Assembly: GCF_039654945.1 (NCBI RefSeq) | Contig: NW_027361792.1 | Coordinates: forward strand, 930,001-994,000 | Length of the DNA: 64,000 nucleotides | Source: Dendrobates tinctorius | Taxonomy: Eukaryota | Direction of reading: 5' to 3' | Shown here: in pieces, positions 23,295 to 33,359 of the stretch | How the letters are laid out: every line of letters starts with the position of its first letter | How positions within the stretch are numbered: the stretch's first letter is position 1 | Notes under the pieces: generated by a model | Seen by the model: only the letters and a program-made list of their open reading frames with translations | Database searches by the model: none | Told to the model about the DNA's origin: nothing | Translations under genes and position numbers: made by a program

Positions 23295-26200
23295 GTGAGT
23301 AGGAGAGGACGGCGGCGGCCATTACACAGACCCCGGAAGTGGCTCCGTCCGGGGGGAAGGGGTCCGCTCAGTGTCGCCATTAACCCCTGAACCCCCGGAG
23401 CGGTTTTCGGTTTTGCGTTTTTCGCTCCCCTCTTCCCAGAGCCGTAACTTTTGTATTTCCCGTCACTATGGCCATGTCAGGGCTTATTTTTTGCGGGACG
23501 AGTTGCACTTTTGAAAGACCCCATTGGTTTTACCATGTCGTGTACTGGACAACGGGGAAAAAAGTTCCAAGTGCGGTGAAATTGCAAAAAAAGTCAATCC
23601 CACACTTGTTTTTTATTTGGCTTTTTTGCTGGGGTCACTAAATGCTGAACCTGAGCTGCCGCTATGATTCTCCGGGTCATTACGAGTTCATAGACACCAA
23701 ACAGGTCTCTTTCATCTAAGTGGAGAAAAAAAATCCAAAAAACAATTGCGCCGTGTTCCGATCGCCTCTGTGTAGCAGAATTGCAGCCTCGCTGTGAGTG
23801 GCGGAGGGACCGGGCGCGGGGGGGGGGCACAGGGACAGGACACGGCGGTAGCAGAGAGATGGAGCAGGTCAGGGGCGGAGGGACCGGGCGCGGGGGGGCA
23901 CAGGGACAGGACACGGCGGTAGCAGAGAGATGGAGCAGGTCAGGGGCGGAGGGACCGGGCGCGGGGGGGGGCACAGGGACAGGACACGGCGGTAGCAGAG
24001 AGATGGAGCAGGTCAGGGGCGGAGGGACCGGGCGCGGGGGGGCACAGGGACAGGACACGGCGGTAGCAGAGAGATGGAGCAGGTCAGGGGCGGAGGGACC
24101 GGGCGCGGGGGGGCACAGGGACAGGACACGGCGGTAGCAGAGAGATGGAGCAGGTCAGGGGCGGAGGGACCGGGCGCGGGGGGGCACAGGGACAGGACAC
24201 GGCGGTAGCAGAGAGATGGAGCAGGTCAGGGGCGGAGGGACCGGGCGCGGGGGGGGCACAGGGACCGGACACGGCGGTAGCAGAGAGATGGAGCAGGTCA
24301 GGGGCGGAGGGGCCGGACACGGCGCGGGGAGGCTCAGGGACCGGACACGGCGGTAGCAGAGAGATGGAGCAGGTCAGGGGCGGAGGGGCCGGACACGGCG
24401 CGGGGAGGCTCAGGGACCGGACACGGCGGTAGCAGAGAGATGGAGCAGGTCAGGGGCGGAGGGGCCGGACACGGCGCGGGGAGGCTTAGGGACCGGACAC
24501 GGCGGTAGCAGAGAGATGGAGCAGGTCAGGGGCGGAGGGGCCGGACACGGCGCGGGGAGGCTTAGGGACCGGACACGGCGGTAGCAGAGAGATGGAGCAG
24601 GTCAGGGGCGGAGGGACCGGGCGCGGGGGAGGCTCAGGGACCGGAAACGGCGGTAGCAGAGAGATGGAGCAGGTCAGGGGCGGAGGGACCGGGCGCGGGG
24701 GAGGCTCAGGGACCGGAAACGGCGGTAGCAGAGAGATGGAGCAGGTCAGGTGCGGAGGCGCCGGACACGGCGCGGGGAGGCTTAGGGACCGGACACGGCG
24801 GTAGCAGAGAGATGGAGCAGGTCAGGGGCGGAGGGGCCGGACACGGCGCGGGGAGGCTTAGGGACCGGACACGGCGGTAGCAGAGAGATGGAGCAGGTCA
24901 GGGGTGGAGGAGCCGGGAGCGGGGGAGGCTCAGGGACCGGACACGGCGGTAGCAGAGAGATGGAGCAGGTCAGGGGCGGAGGGACCGGACACGGTGGGGG
25001 GGGGGAGTCTTGGGGACACCGCTGGGGCAGAGGCACCTGGCATGGCGAGTGGAGGCTCGAGGATGTTGCAGGAGCAGAGTTACCAAGCACAGCCACAGAG
25101 GAGGCGCAGGGGGTGTGGGGTCTCGGGAGACGTGGGGACGCAGGGGGCTGACGGACCAGGACACGTGGGATGCAGTGGGTGATACACTCGGGCGGTGGCC
25201 GCACAGTGACTGACTGATCCCGCCATGAATGCTCAGCCTTCTGCAGTGGACATTGCGCCCCTCGGTCTCTCGGACCCCTCAGTGCGGATGACGTTCGGGT
25301 CGCGTCTGTTCCGATTTTCTGAGTCATCTTACGAGAAATCAGTGACGATTCGCAGTCACGCCGCTCCTCATCCTCCGACGTGCCGCCAATCACCATTGAT
25401 TCCTGAGCCGATGATTTCCCTGCGGAGAATCTGCCAGTGTGAATGAGCGCCTGCGGTGAACACGGTATTGTGTGCGGGGACGCTCCGCTGATGGCGGCTT
25501 TCGCTGTGGTTTATCTTCCAGGTGTATCGGCACGGCGACCGCTCCCCTGTGAAAGCCTATCCCACCGATGTGCATCAGGAGAGCGCCTGGCCCCAGGGAT
25601 TTGGGCAGCTGACGCAGGTAGGAGTGGCGCCATGTATTATTTTATTTGATTTTAAATGTAGCAATTATTTATTTTTCTATTTAAGACACTTTTATGATTA
25701 ATTTTTACCTCTTAACATTGTCCTGAATATTAATGCTAAAGTCCATGCTGCGTAATATTATAATATATCTTTCTAGTGGTCGGAGCTTGGTCCTATTCTG
25801 ATACAGAGCTCCAAATCCTCAGCTCTCCCATCACCAATCTCTACCATTGTAAATGCCTGCGGCCACCACCAGAGGGCGCTCCCTGCACTGCATTTATTGA
25901 TCTCCCTGTCTGTACAGTGTGTAGTGAGCTCCCCCTGCTGGTGAGTTGATATTACTGTCAGTGTATGCAGAGAGCGCCTCCTGGTGTTGAGATGCCAAAT
26001 AATGATCTAGAAATTAGCAGGAAACTAATCTATGTACTCGGCATCTAGTTTTCTGAGTTTTTGTGAAACTTTATTGTTTAGATTGGGATGAGGCAGCACT
26101 GGGATTTGGGACAGGCCCTGCGAGCGCGTTACAAAGGATTCCTGAATGAGTCGTATGACAGGCACGAGGTAAGAACTTCTCAGGGCTGGGGAACGTTGGC

Positions 26201-29200
26201 ACAATATCATGGCTTCTTATATTTGTTTCCTGTCCCTTCCCCAGATCTATGTGAGGAGCACAGACGTGGACCGCACGCTGATGAGTGCAGAGGCCAACCT
26301 GGCCGGCCTGTACCCACCTGCGGGTGCAGAGGTTTTCAACCCAAACATCAGCTGGCAGCCGATCCCGGTGCACACAGTGCCGGACTCTGATGAGCGGGTG
26401 AGTAATGGTGGCGGTGCTCAGGTACACAAGGGCGTGTGCGGACCTCCTGGCATGGGAATAGCAGAGCTGAGTCTCATCACGCCTTTATGGAGATGGAGAA
26501 ATTCCTTCCCGTCAGTCGTGTCTGTATTTTTAACCCTACATTTGTACTTTGTATTGATGCTGCATTTTACCATTTGATCTGCTGAAAAACGGGGAAAAAT
26601 TCCCGCTCCGCAGCCACTTACTGCCATTGTCAAAGATCATCTGCAGCGAGCAAAGGCAGGAGCCGCATATAACGTACACCCGCTCCTACGTGCGGCACAT
26701 GATGGCAAGGGTTAAGGGCTTTTAGTGGTGGTAGTTTTTGCTGTTGACCCCATATTTTTTTTTTTTTATTTCAGCTCTTAAAATTTCCAATTCTACCTTG
26801 TCCGAAATATCTGAAGCTACAAGAAGAGACGCGGCACTCGCCTGAGTATGTGAACAAGACCAGAGACAATCTGGTAAGTCCAGCGGAGGCCGTGTGCCCG
26901 GCGGAGTCTGTGCCCCCTGCTCGTCACATCCCGCGCTTCATCCTGACACCTCTGTATTCTGTAGGATTTCCTGCACATGGTCGCCAATAAGACCGGACTT
27001 CCGGATTGCTCCCTAGAGTCTGTATGGACGGTCTCCGACGTCTTGTTCTGTGAGGTCAGTCATCTCTAGAGTCTGTTCGTGACGCTGAATTCTGCTGAAA
27101 CCTTTCCAATATCGGGGGGGGGGGGGATTTGTCATTAGTGTGCGATTGTGAGGTCTCTGCACCCCCCCCATCCCCAGGACCCCACTAGTCAGATCCAGAC
27201 TCATGCGTGTCTGGTTCTCACGCTCGTTAGTCCCTGCAAATCCACTCAGCCATTGTTGTGAATGCATTTCGGTTTATGACATCGCTGGCAGTGAAAGGGT
27301 TATTGGACCTTCATCAATCGAAGGGAAGGGGCCGCAATGGCTGACGGATGTGACCCCCCCCCACACACACACACACACACACGTGGGGATCTCCAGATAT
27401 CGCTAAATTACAATTCTAATGATGCATTGAGATCACATGGTGTTGTGGGATGTTGAGAGTTGTAGCTTTCACAAGGTGGGGGGCAGAGTTGTAGTCCATT
27501 CACATCGCATACATGGTAAATGGCGCCATAGGGGTCTGTCGGACCCTCGGGCTGATGGACGCCGCTGTGTGGGATCAGTCACCGGCACCTGTGAAATATA
27601 AAGAACAGCTACCCATGTCATGTACATGAAATCAACATCATTATAGCGAGCTGTGGCCGCCTGTGACCGGTACCTGGCCCCCCGGCCTCCATCTGTGTCT
27701 GTTACATGGATGCAGCCTCTAGTCTATGGACAATGGAGGCCACTGTCACAGCCTCCATGTACAGCCTCCATCGGGAGACTTTGCCAATCAGAGCTGCAGA
27801 GGCACGCTTCTCACCCTCGTTCTTCTGCCCCTTTGTCATTGGGGTCTTCAGCTCCTGTGCCCCCCAATATAACTGATGATGGCAGAAAGGAAAAAAAAGA
27901 CTCTGGCTCTTTTAAATGTTTATCTTTCATTCAGAATTATGAATTTATTCTTTTTTCCCGTAGTCGAGACACAACCTGAGCCTCCCGTCCTGGGCGACAA
28001 GAGACGTCCTGGAGCGACTGAGGGACTTGAAGGATTTCAGCTTCAGGTTCCTCTTCGGGATCATCAAGCAGGAGCAGAAGGCGCGGCTGCAGGGAGGTGA
28101 GAGCGGGGGGACGCTACCGCCAGCCGCTTCGGCCGGTGACCCGATGGTGCCGCATGCAGCCAGAACAGGCCGGCGCCGGCTGTCGGGCACTGTTATAGGT
28201 AACGTGTTTTGCTTTCTGCAGGTGTATTGGTGGATCAGATCCTGAAGAATCTAACAGCCGCGGCACACAGCGACTCCGCAGGCCTGAAGCTGATCGCGTA
28301 CTCAACAGTAAGTGGCTGATTTATGGACGTGACGCAACCTGAATTTCTGGTTTGCCTTTTATGGACCCTTTTGAGGACACAATTGTTGTTTCTATCCTCT
28401 ATGCATCACTGAACATAGCACACTGCAGCATGAGTTCCCAATGATCAGTCAGCGAGCTCATCCTCTGGTCTGTACCTCTCCTCCATCCTCTATGCATCAC
28501 TGTACATAGCAGACTGCAGAATGAGTTCCCATTGATCAGTCAGCGAGCTCATCCTCTGGTCTGTACCTCTTATCTCTCTTCTCCCAAAACATCATTTGAA
28601 CTACATTAATGACCAGAGATGAAAAAAGATGAGAGCAGCAAACAACCAGAACAATGGCGGTCTGCGATTTGTGGCCGTACATAGAGGATGCAGAAGACAA
28701 ACAATCCCGATAGTAAAATAACAAATCCCCCGAGGGGCCTGTGTCATTTAGGCAGATTCCTGCCACTCCTCGGTATCAGTAGGATCCTACGGGTACAAGT
28801 CACGCATTGCATATATCTGTCACCTGTCCCCCCATATCTATCCCCACACGAGGACCAACCACCCCCAGCCTTGACATTTACCTCGGGGGATGGTGGCCAC
28901 CAGATATATCATGGTCTCTCGTCTTGTAGTCTGCAGTCATGATTTCTGACCCTGTCTCCTCAGCACGACACCACGCTGGGCGCCCTGCAAATGGCGCTGG
29001 ACGTCTACAATGGAAAACAGGCCCCGTATGCGTCCTGCCATATATTCGAGCTGCATGAAGAGTCTTCGGGGTAAGACACTCGCAGTAATCGGCTGCTATC
29101 GCAGATATTTTCCCCCAGTGACACGTGCAGTGGAGACGGCGACATTGTAAAAGTTACTGATATGTTCCCATTAGATGTGGCGCAAATTGATTCACAGGTG

Positions 29201-30452
29201 AAGGCCCATCAGCCACGTGTCAGATCTGTGGGGGGGAACCACTGTTTCGGCGCATGGCAGAGCTCGGAAGGGAAGGAGCGCTGTTTGACTTTTTTCAACG
29301 CAAAATTGGCTGGAATTGAGATCTGGAGCCATGTCACATTTGGAGAGCCCCTGATGTACCTAAACAGTGGAAACCCCCACAAGTGACCCCATTTTGGAAA
29401 CTAGACTCCCCCCCCCCAAGGAACTTAGATATGTGGTGAGAACTTTGAACCCCCAAGGGCTTCACAGAAGTTTATAACATACAGCCGTACAATTAAAAAA
29501 AATCATATTTTTTCCACAAAAATGATCTTTTCACCCACAATTTTTATTTTCCCATGGGAAACAGGACCCCAAAGGTTATTGTGCAATTTGTCCTGAGTAC
29601 GCCGATACCCCACATGTGGGGGTAAACCACTGTTTGGGCGCATGGCAGAGATCGGAAGGGAATCAGCGCCGTTTGACTTTTTCAATGCAGAATTGGCTTG
29701 ACGCCCCTGATGTGCCTAAACAGTGGAAACCCCCCACAAATGACACCATCGCGCTGTTCCGAGGGGCTCAGGGAAGCATGCAGGGAGCCCTCTCCCTGCG
29801 TGATTCCTCCCTATGCCCCCGGTACACTGTGATCATGTTTATGTCAGATGTCAGAAAGGGGTTAAACATAGAGCAATTTACCTTTATTTATGGAAAACCC
29901 CTTTAAGGATTATGACAGGACATCGATCGCTCCGCCGTCTCCTCCATGTCCATCGTTCATGGTCCTTTGTCTTCTACCAGAAACTTCACGGTGGAGATGT
30001 ACTTCAGGAACGACAGCTCGCGGCTGCCCTACCCCGTGACGTTACCGGGCTGTGCGCACAGCTGCCCCCTAGAAAAGTTTCAGAGCTTACTGGATCGAGT
30101 CATCACTAAAGACTGGGAGAAAGAGTGTCAGCTCTCCAGCCCAGACAACGACAAAGGTGAGGGAGCGGCGCAGATACTTCCCTACCAGGTACTAATAGTC
30201 CTGGACCCGTGCGAGGAGGCCGGTAACGTGGCGACGGCTGCCTCCTGCTGGAGCCAGGATGATTGTGCCGTACTCCGGCGTCTCACCCTGCGGCTTTCTC
30301 TTCTCTCCTGCCCAGAAGTCATCGTGATTCTGGTCGCCATCGGCTGCATCCTCTTCCTCCTCATCATCCTGCTGCTCACGGTGCTCTTCCGGCAGAAGTC
30401 TCCAGCCAGCGGCTACCAGCACGTCTCCAGTCTGGGCGAGGATCAGAGCTGA
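23181..30452 (+). CDS. ACP2: Lysosomal acid phosphatase, 11 coding exons, 425 aa
   Basis: join(23181-23294,25522-25617,26082-26168,26245-26397,26775-26873,26965-27054,27964-28096,28222-28307,28964-29070,29981-30156,30316-30452) = 1278 nt; signal peptide, RHGDR catalytic motif, HD motif, TM helix, GYQHV lysosomal YxxPhi tail; all introns GT-AG. Confidence 0.97.
23379..23800. mobile_element. Terminal fragment of a TTAA-CCCC (piggyBac/Kolobok-like) non-autonomous element in ACP2 intron 1
   Basis: Begins TTAACCCC; repeat-like composition; the complementary end GGGGTTAA occurs at ~29864. Confidence 0.45.
23802..24995. repeat. G-rich minisatellite, ~71-76 bp unit, ~16 copies, ACP2 intron 1
   Basis: Tandem GGACACGGCGGTAGCAGAGAGATGGAGCAGGTCAGGGGCGGAGGG... 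Confidence 0.96.
25522..25617 (+). CDS. ACP2: ACP2 exon 2 (VYRHGDRSP...GFGQLTQ)
   Basis: Catalytic RHGxR; ccag|...|gtagga. Confidence 0.97.
26082..26168 (+). CDS. ACP2: ACP2 exon 3 ([17 protein letters not shown]...DRHE)
   Basis: tttag|...|gtaaga. Confidence 0.96.
26245..26397 (+). CDS. ACP2: ACP2 exon 4 ([15 protein letters not shown]...[10 protein letters not shown])
   Basis: ccccag|...|gtgagt. Confidence 0.97.
26775..26873 (+). CDS. ACP2: ACP2 exon 5 ([12 protein letters not shown]...)
   Basis: tttcag|...|gtaagt. Confidence 0.95.
26965..27054 (+). CDS. ACP2: ACP2 exon 6 ([12 protein letters not shown]...LFCE)
   Basis: ctgtag|...|gtcagt. Confidence 0.95.
27964..28096 (+). CDS. ACP2: ACP2 exon 7 ([11 protein letters not shown]...KARLQG)
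   Basis: ccgtag|...|gtgaga. Confidence 0.95.
28222..28307 (+). CDS. ACP2: ACP2 exon 8 ([11 protein letters not shown]...KLIAYST)
   Basis: ctgcag|...|gtaagt. Confidence 0.95.
28394..28570. repeat. Tandem duplication of ~90 bp in ACP2 intron 8
   Basis: Two copies of ATCCTCTATGCATCACTG...GATCAGTCAGCGAGCTCATCCTCTGGTCTGTACCTCT. Confidence 0.85.
28964..29070 (+). CDS. ACP2: ACP2 exon 9 ([17 protein letters not shown]...)
   Basis: HD proton-donor motif; cctcag|...|gtaaga. Confidence 0.96.
29160..29864. mobile_element. Fragment of a repeat-bearing TTAA-type DNA element in ACP2 intron 9
   Basis: Two diverged ~390-bp subunits (aaccactgtt...gcatggcagag...cctaaacagtggaaaccccc) ending GGGGTTAA. Confidence 0.55.
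29981..30156 (+). CDS. ACP2: ACP2 exon 10 ([10 protein letters not shown]...CPLEKF...DWEKEC)
   Basis: taccag|...|gtgagg. Confidence 0.96.
30316..30452 (+). CDS. ACP2: ACP2 exon 11 coding part (TM helix, GYQHV tail, TGA)
   Basis: gcccag| acceptor; hydrophobic [24 protein letters not shown]. Confidence 0.96.
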
Positions 30453-31434
30453 TTTTGCTGCCGAGAGATTTTTTTAATTCTTAGCAAATTTTTTTACATT
30501 TTATTCTTTTAAAAGGTTATTTCTTAAACCTCCAGGGAAAAAAGGGTTTTAATGGGAACAAATCAACGCGAGCGATCACGTGGACTGAGGAGACTAGGTC
30601 TCCAGCACAATGTGCGCTGGGACTGTCGCCAGCTCTGTGGGTCAGTCTCATGGCTCCCCATACACAGACTGTGGTTCAGTGGTCTCAGATATATCTACGG
30701 GGTCTCTTTCTATTCTGCGCCGGCCACAGAAGGTAAAGGATTCATTCACATCGGTGCAGCCCGTCCACTACGTCCTGCGATCATCGGGGGTTTATAGGCA
30801 CCTACTGCTGTCCAGACCACCTAGCTGTAGTGTTAGACACTCTACCCGTAGGGGGCAGTACAGGCTATTCATCCCCAGATATTTTCGGGAGAGGTCATAA
30901 CTTTGGTTTTTCTTCAGCCTCGTGTGTGTTGGCGTCTCCGCTTTTTTCCGATTTGCAGTACTTTCCTCTGCCAGTAATCCTGCGCCCGTCACATTCAGGA
31001 AACACTAAATATTCCTGATGTGACCGAACAGGTTTTTTTTTTTTCTAGATTTGCTACTTCATGGTTTTTAAGGCAATTTTTAAAGCAGTAACACTTTTTA
31101 CCCTTTCTACACATCCTAATAGGATATGGACTTTTTTTTTGTTTAGACGATTGCTCAGCGGCGCCGTCCATGTATTGCACCGTCTTCCGTTTAGATGTCT
31201 GTCGTGTCATATTCTAGGGCGAGATCGAGGGATTGTGTCTGAACCCTCACTCTGCGCCCACTTGTTAGGGCCGCCATTATATTTACATATTGGCACAAAC
31301 TTGTTTTTGTACCATCATTGCCATCTGAGCTGCCGCGCGCTACTGTTGTCTTTCTTAATAATCCTTAGGGATCTGCTGCTAAGCAAAACTGTCCTAACTG
31401 GCGATGCGATCCCACAGACGGGTCACCGTGTGCC

Positions 31435-32850
31435 GCACGAGTACTGGGGATCTTATGGGTGGGCCAGCGTGTGCGGCATGATTACTGGGGATCTTACGGG
31501 TGGACCGCCGCGTGCGGCACGATTACTGGGGATCTTACGGGTGGGCCAGCGTGTGCGGCACGAGTACACGGGATCCTACTGGTGGGCCAGCGTGTGCGGC
31601 GCGAGTACTGGGGATCCTGCTGGTGGGCCAGCGTGTGCGGCGCAAGTACTGGGGAACCTACGGGTGGGCCAGCGTGTGCGGCACGATTACTGGGGATCCT
31701 ACGGGTGGGCCAGCGTGTGCGGCACGATTACTGAGGATCCTACGGGTGGGCCAGCGTGTGCGGCACGAGTACTGGGGATCCTACTAGTGGGCCAGCGTGT
31801 GCAGCTAGAGTACTGGGGATCCTACGGGTGGGCCAGCGTGTGCGGCGCGAGTACTGGGGATCCTACGGGTGGGCCAGCGTGTGCGGCGCGAGTACTGGGG
31901 ATCCTACGGGTGGGCCAGCGTGTGCGGCGCGAGTACTGGGGATCCTACGGGTGGGCCAGCGTGTGCAGCTAGAGTACTGGGGATCTTACGGGTGGACCGC
32001 CGCGTGCGGCACGATTACTGGGGATCTTACGGGTGGGCCAGCGCGTGCGGCTCGAGTACTGGAGATCCTGCTGGTGGGCCAGCGCGTGCGGAGCGAGTAC
32101 TGGAGATCCTGCTGGTGGGCCGTCGTGTGCGGCTCGAGTACTGGGGATCCTACTGGTGGGCCGTCGTGTGCGGCTCGAGTACTGGGGATCCTGCTGGTGG
32201 GCCGTCGTGTGCGGCTCGAGTACTGGGGATCCTGCTGGTGGGCCGTCGTGTGCGGCTCGAGTACTGGGGATCCTGCTGGTGGGCCGTCGTGTGCGGCTCG
32301 AGTACTGGGGATCCTGCTGGTGGGCCGTCGTGTGCGGCTCGAGTACTGGGGATCCTGCTGGTGGGCCGTCGTGTGCGGCTCGAGTACTGGGAATCCTGCT
32401 GGTGGGCCGTCGTGTGCGGCTCGAGTACTGTGGATCCTGCTGGTGGGCCGTCGTGTGCGGCTCGAGTACTGGGGATCCTGCTGGTGGGCCGTCGTGTGCG
32501 GCTCGAGTACTGGGGATCCTGCTGGTGGGCCGTCGTGTGCGGCTCGAGAACTGTGGATCCTGCTGGTGGGCCGTCGTGTGCGGCTCGAGTACTGTGGATC
32601 CTGCTGGTGGGCCGTCGTGTGCGGCTCGAGTACTGTGGATCCTGCTGGTGGGCCGTCGTGTGCGGCTCGAGTACTGTGGATCCTGCTGGTGGGCCGTCGT
32701 GTGCGGCTCGAGTACTGGGGATCCTGCTGGTGGGCCGTCGTGTGCGGCTCGAGTACTGGGGATCCTGCTGGTGGGCCGTCGTGTGCGGCTCGAGTACTGG
32801 GGATCCTGCTGGTGGGCCGTCGTATGCGGCTCGAGTACTGGGGATCCTAC
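31435..32850. repeat. Minisatellite, 41 bp unit GAGTACTGGGGATCCTGCTGGTGGGCCGTCGTGTGCGGCTC, ~35 copies, in the predicted ACP2 3' UTR
   Basis: Tandem units; 41-aa periodicity in overlapping spurious ORFs. Confidence 0.97.
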
Positions 32851-32973
32851 AGATGTGATTTTTGCCGCTGCTGGATTGGTTATTTTGCACATTGATTCTG
32901 TTGTACTTTGTGGGTTTTGATCGTTTCTTTATCTGTCTAACGTGAGAAATGTGATTTGTCTTTTTTTTTACCG

Positions 32974-32979
32974 AATAAA
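32974..32979 (+). terminator. ACP2: Putative ACP2 polyadenylation signal AATAAA
   Basis: First AATAAA seen downstream of the stop codon, preceded by a U-rich tract. Confidence 0.65.
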
Positions 32980-33353
32980 CATTGGAAGGATTGGGCCAGA
33001 GCCGTCGGCACAGAGTAGTTTATTATAAAGTCCACATCGGGCAATGTTCGGCTTTTTCTGAGTCACAACTGATCACCTGCCTATAAAGGTAAGTGATAAG
33101 TCACTGATCATTGGGGACCCTCAGCAATCAGAAGCACAGAACTGAGATCGAGGACACGGGCTGACAGACGTGCGACATGTGCACTCGCCTGACCACCGAC
33201 ATGTGCACACAAGGGCTTGCAACGGAAACCCAGAAATGGGAGTTGTACTCATTAGTGACATCTGCAGGTCATATCAGGCCATTACACACGAACAAAGAAT
33301 CTCCTGGATATAAAACACAAAAAAAACGCTAAAAATTGAAAAAGAAAGCCACG

Positions 33354-33359
33354 TTTATT
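33354..33359 (-). terminator. DDB2: Putative distal DDB2 polyadenylation signal (AATAAA on minus strand)
   Basis: TTTATT on the plus strand with a U/GU-rich tract downstream on the minus strand; a more proximal TTTATT was not excluded. Confidence 0.5.

Noticed and set aside
31435-32850. XhoI/ScaI/BamHI sites suggesting vector or polylinker contamination
   Set aside because: Units diverge gradually and blend into genomic flanks, as in a natural VNTR
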